64,000 nt of DNA from Ignavibacteriota bacterium (GTDB lineage: Bacteria; Bacteroidota; Ignavibacteria; SZUA-365). The DNA is taken from positions 8,101 to 72,100 of the forward strand of contig JACRFB010000010.1 of the NCBI GenBank assembly GCA_016218045.1. Reading direction: 5' to 3'. Shown here one piece after another: positions 8,437 through 17,440 of the stretch. The notes under the pieces are model-generated. The model ran no database searches. It was not told where the DNA came from and saw only the letters and a list, made by a program, of their open reading frames with translations. A program made the translations under genes and the position numbers. The stretch's first letter is position 1. Every line of letters starts with the position of its first letter.

Positions 8437-9374
8437 CGGGCAACCTCCGCACGGGGATCGGCAAGGGGTGCTATGGCATCGGAGCCGAATCCGACCAGGA
8501 GCACTTCGAGTTCGAGCGCAACACCTGTGTGCCGATACACGGTCCGTCGCACATGATTGATAACCGCGAGAATATCCGCTGCCGTTGCCGAGGGGGATCC
8601 CACGATAAAATTGGCGTGAAGAGTCGACACCGTCGCGCCTCCGAAGGTGTATCCCTTCAGACCGCACTGCTCGATGAGCCGCGCGGCATACTGCCCTTCA
8701 GGATTTTTAAAGATGCTGCCGGCATTCGGGAGGTTCGTCGGCTGGGCGGCATTGCGTGTGAGAAGGAGTTCCTTGCGGCGCTTCTTCATGTCCTCGGTGT
8801 CGCCTTCCGGCAGGGCGAAACGCGCGGACAGCACCACGGCATCACGCAGACCGGAATGGCGGTATCGGAAATCACACTCGTCCTTGCGCAGCGTCACCAC
8901 GTCGTCGCCGCGGACGACGGTGACGTCGAGGAGATGGTCCGAAATTTCCGCGCCGTACGCACCGGCGTTCATGATCAGGCCGCCGCCAAGAGTGCCGGGA
9001 ATGCCCGCGAGCGGATCGGTACCGGCAAACCCGCGCAGGATGCAGAAGTCCACAAAGGCCGAGAGGCGCGCGCCCGCGCCCGCCGTCACAATTCCTTCTT
9101 CGATGCTGACACCGGAGAATCCGGCTTCGAGATTGATGACCGCGCCGGAATAGCCGTCGTCGTGAATGAGCACGTTGCTTCCGTTGCCGAGCACCATGTA
9201 GCGGATGTCATTGCGACGGAAATAGGTGATCAGGGCGAGCACCTCGTCGGTACGCATCGGCTCCACATACAGATCGGCGGCGCCGCCGATGCGGAATGTG
9301 GTGAGGCGCGCGAGCGGTTCCCCGATCGCGATGCGCCCGCTGCAGATACCCCGTATGTGCTCGAGTGAGATCAC
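8433..9374 (-). CDS. murB: UDP-N-acetylenolpyruvoylglucosamine reductase MurB
   Basis: FAD-binding N-terminal motif LARLTTFRIGGAADLYVEP..., MurB C-terminal domain. The start is taken as GTG 9374, which forms a GTGA overlap with the murC stop; the M-initiated track ORF runs to 9716 but the conserved domain begins before its first internal ATG. Confidence 0.8.
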   Translation of the reverse strand: MISLEHIRGICSGRIAIGEPLARLTTFRIGGAADLYVEPMRTDEVLALITYFRRNDIRYMVLGNGSNVLIHDDGYSGAVINLEAGFSGVSIEEGIVTAGAGARLSAFVDFCILRGFAGTDPLAGIPGTLGGGLIMNAGAYGAEISDHLLDVTVVRGDDVVTLRKDECDFRYRHSGLRDAVVLSARFALPEGDTEDMKKRRKELLLTRNAAQPTNLPNAGSIFKNPEGQYAARLIEQCGLKGYTFGGATVSTLHANFIVGSPSATAADILAVINHVRRTVYRHTGVALELEVLLVGFGSDAIAPLADPRAEVAR

Positions 9375-10756
9375 GCGCGCGGAACTCCGAGAGTGCGAAT
9401 GAATTCGTCGCCGTACTTGTAGATGTCGCCCGCGCCCATCGTGATCACGATGTCGCCTTCTCGGACAAGCTCGCGCAGCACTTCGGGAAGACGCGTCTTG
9501 TCCGCCACGTAGCGCACGTCCTTGTGTCCAAAACTTTTTGCGGCGTCGGCGATCAATTCTCCGGTGATGCCCTGTATCGGATATTCGCGGGCGGGATACA
9601 CGTCGGTCACGATCAGCACGTCGGCATTCATGAAGGCCCGTCCGAAATCGCGATGGAAGTCGCGCGTACGCGTGTAGGTATGCGGCTGGAACACACACAC
9701 GACGCGCCGTCTCCACCCTGCCTTGATTCCCCGCAGCGTCTCCTTTACTTCGGTCGGATGGTGCGCGTAATCATCCACTACCATCACGCCGGCCGTGTCG
9801 GCCTTCACCTCGAAGCGGCGGAACACGCCGGTAAACGAGTCGAGCGCCTCCTTGATGCGCGCGAAGGGTATGCCGAGTTCCAGGCTCACGACAGCCGCGC
9901 CGAGGGCGTTGCGCACATTGTGTTCGCCCGGAACACCGAGGCAGATGCGGCCGAGTTCCTCGCCGCGATGCAGCACGGTGAAGGACGCCATGTTCTGCTT
10001 CTGTTCCACATCCACGGCCTGCACGTCGGACTGCGACGAGAGGCCGTAGGTGATCACCTTCCGCTGTATGCGCGGAAGAATTTCCTGCAGCGCCGGTTCA
10101 TCGAGACAGAGGGTCACAAAACCGTAGAACGGGACCTTGTTTGCGAACTCCGTAAACGCCTGCTTCAGGTCGTCGAGATTCGCGTAGATGTCGAGATGTT
10201 CCTCCTCGAGCGTGGTGAGTATCGAGATCGCAGGATTGAGCTGCAGGAAGGAACGATCGAACTCGTCGGCTTCGACCACCATGAAGTCGCCCTTGCCGAG
10301 CCGCGCATTTGTGCCGCCGAAGGCATGAAGCTTGCCGCCCACTATGATTGTGGGATCGAGACCCCCCTGCATCAGGACGAGGCCGAGCATCGAAGTCGTG
10401 GTGGTTTTCCCGTGTGTTCCCGCCACGGCGATACCGTAGTGCAGCCGCATCACCTCCGCGAGCATTTCCGCGCGACGGATGGCGGGAATTTTCCTCTCGG
10501 CGGCTTCGAGAATCTCGGGATTTTCGGGCGTGACGGCGGACGAGTACACAAGCACGTCGGCGCCGCGCACATGCTCGCCGGCGTGGCCCTCGTAAATCAC
10601 CGCGCCAAGGTCGGACAGCCGCTGTGTCACTTCGGACAGATGCAGGTCGGAACCCGACACCGCGAAACCCTGATTGATCAGGATCTCGGCGATGCCGCTC
10701 ATGCCGATACCGCCGATGCCGACGAAGTGGATGCGATGGATGTTTGCGAATTTCAT
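9371..10756 (-). CDS. murC: UDP-N-acetylmuramate--L-alanine ligase MurC
   Basis: N-terminal IHFVGIGGIGMSGIA, GTHGKTTTTSM P-loop, Mur ligase middle and C-terminal domains. Confidence 0.9.
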   Translation of the reverse strand: MKFANIHRIHFVGIGGIGMSGIAEILINQGFAVSGSDLHLSEVTQRLSDLGAVIYEGHAGEHVRGADVLVYSSAVTPENPEILEAAERKIPAIRRAEMLAEVMRLHYGIAVAGTHGKTTTTSMLGLVLMQGGLDPTIIVGGKLHAFGGTNARLGKGDFMVVEADEFDRSFLQLNPAISILTTLEEEHLDIYANLDDLKQAFTEFANKVPFYGFVTLCLDEPALQEILPRIQRKVITYGLSSQSDVQAVDVEQKQNMASFTVLHRGEELGRICLGVPGEHNVRNALGAAVVSLELGIPFARIKEALDSFTGVFRRFEVKADTAGVMVVDDYAHHPTEVKETLRGIKAGWRRRVVCVFQPHTYTRTRDFHRDFGRAFMNADVLIVTDVYPAREYPIQGITGELIADAAKSFGHKDVRYVADKTRLPEVLRELVREGDIVITMGAGDIYKYGDEFIRTLGVPRA

Positions 10757-10780
10757 TCCTGTGTCCTTGCGCGCTGCGTG

Positions 10781-11245
10781 TTATTTGCGAAGCCGGTTCT
10801 TGAGCGCCTTGAATGCGTCGACCAGTTCGCGGTCGCGCTCGTAATTGGCAACGCGGATGCGCACGAGGCGCCGTTTGTCGCGCACGCGAATCTTGACCAC
10901 GGCCGACGACCCCTCGTTGATGCGTGTACGTTCGCGCTTGATGACCAGCGAGGTGATCTGCGCGTGCTGCACGGCCCGCTCACGGAAACGCGTGCGGAAC
11001 ACGATCTGCGTCTCGGTGAGCACCAGCCGCGGATTCCTGACGACGCTCGACAGAAGTGCGAGTCCGGTGATCAGAATAAACAGTCCGATGATGTAGACGA
11101 CGGGATCGCGGAAACCGAAGGCAACCGTTTCATTCGTCACGGTGCCCGTCAGAAGGATGTAGAGCACGGCGAACACCACGTACACAAGCAGTGTCACGTA
11201 GTACACGTCGTACCTCCGCCGAAACACGTTTTCCGCCTGTTCCAT
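10781..11245 (-). CDS. Small two-TM membrane protein with a basic, PH-like (bPH_2/DUF304-like) cytoplasmic C-terminal domain, inserted between murG and murC
   Basis: Start ATG 11245 (MEQAENVFRRRY) with a strong SD AAGGAGGTGA 5-14 nt upstream. Two hydrophobic helices (VYYVTLLVYVVFAVLYILLTG; VVYIIGLFILITGLALLSSVV), then a beta-rich domain of about 80 aa. The track ORF (260 aa) is over-extended 5' across murG. Confidence 0.6.
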   Translation of the reverse strand: MEQAENVFRRRYDVYYVTLLVYVVFAVLYILLTGTVTNETVAFGFRDPVVYIIGLFILITGLALLSSVVRNPRLVLTETQIVFRTRFRERAVQHAQITSLVIKRERTRINEGSSAVVKIRVRDKRRLVRIRVANYERDRELVDAFKALKNRLRK

Positions 11246-11250
11246 GTGTG

Positions 11251-12360
11251 TCACCTCCTTCCTGTCTTTGTGCCCGCGAGGCGTATGACCGCATCCGCGA
11301 TGCATGATGCCGCGTCCGGTCGTCCGAGCCGCGCCGCGGCCTCGCTCATACGACGCAGTGCGTCCTGGTCGCGCAAAAGTTCCAGCACGACGGCGCCGAG
11401 CGTGCGCGCCTGTCCGTCTTCCACCACGCGCGCGGCGCCCGCGTTCTCGAGCGCACGAGCGTTGCGACGCTGATGATCGGCCGCCGCATGCGGGTACGGA
11501 ACGAGAACCGACGGGAGTCCGAGCACCGTCAATTCTGCAAGCGAGGTGGCGCCCGCGCGGCACAGCACCAGGGTCGCGGCCGAGTACGCCGCGTCCATTT
11601 CGTGAATGAACTCCCGCACGACTACATGCGCGGATCCGGCCGCCGCGTCCCGCGCCGCCTGGGCATCACGCGCGCCGGTCTGCCAGAGCACCTGCACCCC
11701 CTGCTCGTCGAGTGAGCGCAGCATGCCGCCCACGGCCGTGTTGATCGACGAGGCACCGAGACTGCCGCCGAACACAAAGAGCACGGGCCGGTCGGGATCC
11801 AGTCCCCAGACGCGGCGCGCGTTGGCGGTGGGCAGGCGCCGCAAACTCGAGCGAACGGGATTGCCGGTCACATGCACAACTCGCGCATCGGCAATGTGCG
11901 CGCGTGTTTCCTCGAAGGTGATGTGCACCTCGTCGGCACGCTTCGCGAGCAGGCGGGTGGTGACTCCGGGATATTCGTTCTGCTCCTGTATCAATGTCGG
12001 CACACCCATGCGAGCGGCCATGTACACGACAGGACCGGAGACATATCCGCCCGTGCCGACCACAACATCGGGCCGGCGGCGCCTGATGATGCCGCGCGCC
12101 TGCCACAACGACACGGCCACCTTCAACGGAAAGACGAAGGTTGAGAGCGACAGACGGCGCCGGAATCCGCTGATCCACACCGGATCGAATTCATACCCAT
12201 GACGCGGAACAACCGTCGCCTCGATTTTGTCGCGCGATCCTGCGAAGCTGATCCGTGCCGCTGGCACCTTCGACTGCAGCGCTTCAGCGATAGCGAGACC
12301 GGGGAACAGATGTCCGCCCGTCCCGCCGCCCGCAAAGACTATTGTCATCGGCACGTTCAT
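11251..12360 (-). CDS. murG: UDP-N-acetylglucosamine--N-acetylmuramyl-(pentapeptide) pyrophosphoryl-undecaprenol N-acetylglucosamine transferase MurG
   Basis: N-terminal FAGGGTGGHLFPGLAIAEAL; GT-B fold GT28 family motifs. Confidence 0.9.
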   Translation of the reverse strand: MNVPMTIVFAGGGTGGHLFPGLAIAEALQSKVPAARISFAGSRDKIEATVVPRHGYEFDPVWISGFRRRLSLSTFVFPLKVAVSLWQARGIIRRRRPDVVVGTGGYVSGPVVYMAARMGVPTLIQEQNEYPGVTTRLLAKRADEVHITFEETRAHIADARVVHVTGNPVRSSLRRLPTANARRVWGLDPDRPVLFVFGGSLGASSINTAVGGMLRSLDEQGVQVLWQTGARDAQAARDAAAGSAHVVVREFIHEMDAAYSAATLVLCRAGATSLAELTVLGLPSVLVPYPHAAADHQRRNARALENAGAARVVEDGQARTLGAVVLELLRDQDALRRMSEAAARLGRPDAASCIADAVIRLAGTKTGRR

Positions 12361-13523
12361 TCCATCCCCTCCTCGCCCAGGCCGCGCGAGGGCTCCGTGG
12401 CAATTTCACGGGGACGGATGCGCGTGTACATCGAGATGTTCAGTACGATGCCGAGACTGTAGGCGGTAAACAGAATGCTCGTGCCGCCGTAGCTGATGAG
12501 GGGCATCGGCAGGCCCGTGGTCGGAAGGAGGCCCGTCGTCACCATGGCGTTCAACAACGCTCCCACAATGATCACAGACGAGATGCCCACCGCGAGAAAG
12601 CGGCCAAGGTCGTCGGTTGCACGCTTTGCGATCTTGAGGCAGCGGAAGAGGATGAGTCCGAAAAGCAGCATGATCGCGACCGCTCCGATAAATCCGTACT
12701 CCTCGCCGATGATGGCGTAGATGAAATCGCTGTACGATTCGGGGAGGAACAACTCGCGCTGTTTGCTCGCGCCGATGCCGACACCGAGGAGGCCGCCGTT
12801 TCCGAGTCCGATCACGGCCTGCTCCACCTGCGATTTTGCCGCGTCGAGCTTGTCGCCCGGATCACCGGTTGAAGCCATATAGTCCATGATTCGTTTTAAT
12901 CGGTACGCCTTCGAAACGGCATACACCAGCACGGCTGGAAGAGCGAGCACCACCGAGCCCACCAGATGTGTCAGACGCACGCGGCCGACGTACAGCAGCA
13001 TCAGACTGATGAGCAGAATGACAACAACGGTGCTGAGATTGTTCTGGAAGGTGATGAGTCCGACCACCATTCCCACCCACACCAGCATGGGCAGATAGGC
13101 GTTCTTCAGACTCGTGATATACTTCTGCTTGTTCGCGAGCAGCACCGAGAGGTGAATCACCAGCGCGTATTTCGCAAACTCCGACGGCTGGAACTTGAAC
13201 GGACCCCAACCCAGCCATCTCTTCGCGCCGAGCTGCGTGATGCCGAAGAACGGCGTCAGCACAAGAAACACGATCGCGAGAAGAAGGATGTATTTGCTCA
13301 GCTTTTTATACACATGGTAATCGGTGAACATGCCCAGAAGCAGCGCGCCGATGCCGAGGAACACACGCACCGCGTGATTCAGAAACAGCGCGTTCCAGTC
13401 GCCGTCGTTTTTCGCGCGCGAGATATCGACACTGGCGCTGTACACAACGCCGATGCTGAACAGCATCAGCACGAGCACCGAGAGGAACAGCGTGAGGTCG
13501 ATATGTCCGGTGCGCTGCTTCAC
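12357..13523 (-). CDS. ftsW: Peptidoglycan glycosyltransferase FtsW (SEDS family)
   Basis: 10-TM SEDS protein; conserved SEFAKYALVIHLS, ISYGGTS motifs. 4-nt overlaps with murG and murD. Confidence 0.9.
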   Translation of the reverse strand: MKQRTGHIDLTLFLSVLVLMLFSIGVVYSASVDISRAKNDGDWNALFLNHAVRVFLGIGALLLGMFTDYHVYKKLSKYILLLAIVFLVLTPFFGITQLGAKRWLGWGPFKFQPSEFAKYALVIHLSVLLANKQKYITSLKNAYLPMLVWVGMVVGLITFQNNLSTVVVILLISLMLLYVGRVRLTHLVGSVVLALPAVLVYAVSKAYRLKRIMDYMASTGDPGDKLDAAKSQVEQAVIGLGNGGLLGVGIGASKQRELFLPESYSDFIYAIIGEEYGFIGAVAIMLLFGLILFRCLKIAKRATDDLGRFLAVGISSVIIVGALLNAMVTTGLLPTTGLPMPLISYGGTSILFTAYSLGIVLNISMYTRIRPREIATEPSRGLGEEGME

Positions 13524-14905
13524 GCGCCGTTGCTCCTCGATGCGAGTCCGAGCACAAGATGTTTGAACACGAGACCACGCTGTTCGAAATTGTCGAACAT
13601 GTCGAAACTCGCGCAGGCGGGCGACAGCAGTACCACGTCTCCGGGCGACGCGAGGTCGCGGGAAACGGTCACGGCTTCCTGCATCGATGCAGCCCGACGA
13701 ATTTCGGCGTGCCCGTTGAAGGCATCTTCCATCCGGTCCGCCGCCTCCCCGATGAGGACCACGGCTTTCACGGTGGACTCGAGCAGCGGGAGCAGCGGAT
13801 CGTAGGGTGCGTCCTTGTCGCGTCCGCCTGCAATCAGCACCACCGGCTGCGCGAAGCTCTGCAATGCGATCACGACGGAATCGACGTTGGTGGCTTTCGA
13901 ATCGTTGATGTATGCCACACCATCGAGTCGTCGCACGAATTCGAGCCGGTGTTCGACACCTTCGAACTGCCGCACGGCTTCCGACACAACATCCATCTTG
14001 ATGCCGAAGAGGCGCGCCGCGAGGGCTGCCTGCAGCGTGTTCATGTAATTATGTTTGCCGCGCAGGCGCATCTCGTCGATGGCCGTCAGCAGTTCCTTCC
14101 CCTCCCCGGTGTTCAGGAAAAGTTTGCGTCCTTCCATCCATCCGCCTGCTGTGAGCGGTCGTGTCACGCTGGTCGGGAACTTGCGCGCGGCGGCGGCTTG
14201 CGCCGCGTTGTCGGCGTCGGCATTGTCGGTGGAGTAGATGAGCGCGTCGTCGGTGTACTGATTGCGGTACACTCGCTGCTTCGATGCGATGTATTCCGTG
14301 TAGTCACCCTTGTACCGCGCGAGGTGATCCGGCGTAATGGTGGTTATCACCGCGATGCGCGGATGGAAACGCACCGTGAAGTCGAGCTGGAAGCTGCTCA
14401 CCTCGAGCACGGCCGCGTCGAGTTTCGCACGCGATGCAAGCAGCGCGTCTGAAAATGCAAAGCCGATATTGCCTGCAACGATGGTACCGAGTCCCGCGGC
14501 GCGGAATATTTCGCCCGTAAGAGTCGTTGTGGTCGTCTTGCCGTTTGTGCCCGTGATCGCAACGATCGGTGCTTCGCAGAACATGGACGCGAGTTCCAGT
14601 TCGCTGACGATCGGAATGCCATGCTCCGACGCGGCAACAAGCACGGGCGCATCGGAGGGGACGCCCGGACTCACGACGATTGTACCGGCCTCGAATACGG
14701 CCGGACTGTGCCCGCCAAATTCCACCGCCGCGCCGATCGCCTCCATTTCCGCTCTTGCACCCTGGAAACGCGCTTCCTCCCCGAACTCGCTCAGGAGCAC
14801 GTCTTTGCCGTGATATCGCAGCAAACGCGCGGCGGCGAGTCCGCTGCGCGCCGCACCAATCACACTGACGCGGGAGAGATTCATATCGGAAGGACCGGAC
14901 GTCAT
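13520..14905 (-). CDS. murD: UDP-N-acetylmuramoylalanine--D-glutamate ligase MurD
   Basis: GTNGKTTTTTL P-loop, Mur ligase domains. The start is taken at ATG 14905 (MTSGPSDM...; alternatively MNLSRV), which overlaps the mraY stop by 1 nt. The 824-aa track ORF is a read-through across mraY in another frame. Confidence 0.85.
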   Translation of the reverse strand: MTSGPSDMNLSRVSVIGAARSGLAAARLLRYHGKDVLLSEFGEEARFQGARAEMEAIGAAVEFGGHSPAVFEAGTIVVSPGVPSDAPVLVAASEHGIPIVSELELASMFCEAPIVAITGTNGKTTTTTLTGEIFRAAGLGTIVAGNIGFAFSDALLASRAKLDAAVLEVSSFQLDFTVRFHPRIAVITTITPDHLARYKGDYTEYIASKQRVYRNQYTDDALIYSTDNADADNAAQAAAARKFPTSVTRPLTAGGWMEGRKLFLNTGEGKELLTAIDEMRLRGKHNYMNTLQAALAARLFGIKMDVVSEAVRQFEGVEHRLEFVRRLDGVAYINDSKATNVDSVVIALQSFAQPVVLIAGGRDKDAPYDPLLPLLESTVKAVVLIGEAADRMEDAFNGHAEIRRAASMQEAVTVSRDLASPGDVVLLSPACASFDMFDNFEQRGLVFKHLVLGLASRSNGA

Positions 14906-16014
14906 CAGCGGACCTTGAAGGTGATAAGACTGAGAATTGCGAGAATCACGGCCACGATATAAAAACGCATCACGATCTTCGGTTCCGACCAACCGAGCAG
15001 TTCGAAGTGATGATGCATCGGCGCCATCCGGAATACTCTTCGACCTTGTCCGTACTTCCGTTTTGTGTATTTGAACCAGGCCTTCTGAACGAGCACCGAC
15101 ACGGTTTCCGCGAAAAAAATTCCGCCGAGTATCGGAAGCAGCAGTTCTTCCTTGATCATGACCATCACGGCACCCAGCGCTCCGCCCAGCGCAAGCGAGC
15201 CCGTGTCGCCCATAAACACCTGCGCGGGGTAGGTGTTGTACCACAGGAAGCCGAGTCCCGCACCAACCATCGCCGCGCTGAAAACGGTCAGTTCCCCGCT
15301 GCCCGGCAGATAGAAGATGTCGAGATACTGTGCGAGGCGCGCGTTGCCGCTGACGTAACAGATCACCGCGATGGCGAGGAAGGCGATGGAGATTGTCCCT
15401 ATCGCGAGTCCGTCCAGCCCGTCGGTGAGATTCACCGCATTCGAGGTCGCGGTGATGATGAAGATAATCGCGGGCACGTAGAGCAGCCCGTATTCGATCG
15501 GGCCACCCTTCCAGAACGGCACCATCGTCGCAGTGCGGTGCGCTTCGAACTCGGGCATGAAATACAGCACGGCTCCCACAAGCACGCCTACGGCCACCTG
15601 GCCGACGATCTTGTATTCGCCGATTAAACCCTTGGGATATTTTTTCACGACCTTCAGATAGTCGTCGATAAATCCGACGACGCCGAGCAGCGTGGTCGCG
15701 GCGAGGATGAGCCAGATGTACGTGTTGTGGAGCTGGCCCCACAGGGCGACCGGGATGAGCGCCGATGCAAGCACAATGAGTCCGCCCATCGTCGGTGTTC
15801 CCGCCTTCACCAAATGTGTGGTGGGTGCTTCGACTTTTGCCGCCTCGCCGATCTGCCGCTTCTTGAGCACGGTGATGATGCGCGGTCCGACGAACCACGC
15901 GATGAGCAGCGACGTCAATGCCGCCGCGCCCGCGCGGAACGTGATGAACTGGAACACGTCGAATCCCGGCGGACTGTACGTCGCGTTGATCCACTCGAGC
16001 AGGTACGTCAGCAT
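14905..16014 (-). CDS. mraY: Phospho-N-acetylmuramoyl-pentapeptide transferase MraY
   Basis: Polytopic membrane protein with MraY/WecA family motifs (PTMGGL..., NAVNLTDGLDGLA, HHHFE). Confidence 0.92.
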   Translation of the reverse strand: MLTYLLEWINATYSPPGFDVFQFITFRAGAAALTSLLIAWFVGPRIITVLKKRQIGEAAKVEAPTTHLVKAGTPTMGGLIVLASALIPVALWGQLHNTYIWLILAATTLLGVVGFIDDYLKVVKKYPKGLIGEYKIVGQVAVGVLVGAVLYFMPEFEAHRTATMVPFWKGGPIEYGLLYVPAIIFIITATSNAVNLTDGLDGLAIGTISIAFLAIAVICYVSGNARLAQYLDIFYLPGSGELTVFSAAMVGAGLGFLWYNTYPAQVFMGDTGSLALGGALGAVMVMIKEELLLPILGGIFFAETVSVLVQKAWFKYTKRKYGQGRRVFRMAPMHHHFELLGWSEPKIVMRFYIVAVILAILSLITFKVR

Positions 16015-16018
16015 CCGA

Positions 16019-17440
16019 TCAGCACTCCTTCTCCTGAGCCGTCCGCGCGGCGATGAATCCGTCGACCACTTCGTTCATGCGCATCCCGTGCGAGCCCTTC
16101 ACGAGCACGACATCACCCTCGTCGGCAAGCGCCACAAGTGCGCGGAGCAGGGCGTCGCGATCTTGAAAATGCTCGGTAAAAGACGCGCCGCCTGACCGCA
16201 CGGCATCGCGGATGGCGCGGGAGAGGCGTCCGCACGTCAGCACGAAGGGTATGTCGAGCGTTGCGAGCACGTCACCCACGGCCGCGTGTTCATGTCGCGC
16301 GGTCGGTCCGAGTTCCAGCATGTCGCCCAGGACGGCGATGCGGCGTCCTGAACTGCGCATCGCGGCAAGCGTGTGCAGACCGGCGATCACGGAATCGGGA
16401 TTGGCATTGTACGCGTCGTCGAGCACGGTGACGCCCGCCGCGTCGCGTACCGCAAGCCGACCCGATCCGCCCTCATACTGCTCGAGGACGCGGACGATGG
16501 CCTTGATCCCGCAGCCGAACACCAGGCCTGCCGCAACAGCGGCGGCCGCGGCATAGGCGGCATGGCGGCCGCGGAGTTTCAGGCGCACGGTGACGGGCCT
16601 CGCAATCCACTCAGGCGCCGCGATGACAACGGTGGCGCGCGCCTGCTCATCGAGTTCCGCGCGGAGTACGCGGACCGCGGCGCGCGCGGAAAATCCATAC
16701 CGGATGATCCGGCGCCCTTTCGGCACGTAGGGCCGGAGCAACGGCTCGTCGGCATTGACGAACGCAACACCCTCGCTGCCGAGCGCAGCAAAGACGGCGG
16801 CCTTTTCGGCCGCGATACCTTCGCGCGATAGCAGCCGCTCGATATGCGCACGGCCGATGTTTGTGATGAGTGCGTGTGTCGGTTCGGCAATGCTGCACAG
16901 GTACGGGATATCGCCCGGTTGATTCGTGCCCATTTCAACGATGGCCGCCCGATGCGCGGGCTCGAGTCGCAGCAACGTGTTGGGCAACCCGATCTGATTG
17001 TTGAAATTTCCGCTGTTCTGCAGTGTGTTGATTTTTGTACCAAGTACCGCCGCGATCAATTCCTTTGTACCGGTTTTACCGTTGCTGCCCGTCACCGCAA
17101 AAACAGGGATGCGGAAGCGGCGCCGGTACGTGCGCGCGATGTCGCCGTAGGTTTCGAGCGTGTCGCGCACAACAAGACAGGGCTCGAGCAACGATCTGTC
17201 GGCCACCCGGCGCAGTCCGCGCCGGTCTACAATGCAGAGCACGGCTCCCGCGGCCATCGCTGCAGCGGCAAAGTCATGCCCGTCGAAGGATGCCCCGCGC
17301 AGTGCGAGGAAGACATCGCCCGGCTGCAGATCTCTGGAGTCGGTGCAGATGCGCACGACGGGGCGGTCGAGAATGGAGTCGAGCCCGCGGGCGGCCTCGT
17401 GCGGCAATGCGCGAAGATCGGCGACACACATGCCCGTCAT
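16019..17440 (-). CDS. murF: UDP-N-acetylmuramoyl-tripeptide--D-alanyl-D-alanine ligase MurF
   Basis: VTGSNGKTGTKEL P-loop, Mur ligase C-terminal domain; position between murE and mraY. Confidence 0.88.
   Translation of the reverse strand: MTGMCVADLRALPHEAARGLDSILDRPVVRICTDSRDLQPGDVFLALRGASFDGHDFAAAAMAAGAVLCIVDRRGLRRVADRSLLEPCLVVRDTLETYGDIARTYRRRFRIPVFAVTGSNGKTGTKELIAAVLGTKINTLQNSGNFNNQIGLPNTLLRLEPAHRAAIVEMGTNQPGDIPYLCSIAEPTHALITNIGRAHIERLLSREGIAAEKAAVFAALGSEGVAFVNADEPLLRPYVPKGRRIIRYGFSARAAVRVLRAELDEQARATVVIAAPEWIARPVTVRLKLRGRHAAYAAAAAVAAGLVFGCGIKAIVRVLEQYEGGSGRLAVRDAAGVTVLDDAYNANPDSVIAGLHTLAAMRSSGRRIAVLGDMLELGPTARHEHAAVGDVLATLDIPFVLTCGRLSRAIRDAVRSGGASFTEHFQDRDALLRALVALADEGDVVLVKGSHGMRMNEVVDGFIAARTAQEKEC

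Noticed and set aside
9365-11473. 702-aa plus-strand ORF
   Set aside because: Lies antisense across murC, the small membrane ORF and murG, with no recognisable domains; typical long antisense ORF of GC-rich DNA.
13520-15994. 824-aa minus-strand ORF called as one gene
   Set aside because: Only the C-terminal 461 aa (from ATG 14905) is MurD. The upstream 360 codons run through the mraY coding region in a different frame, so this is a read-through artefact.
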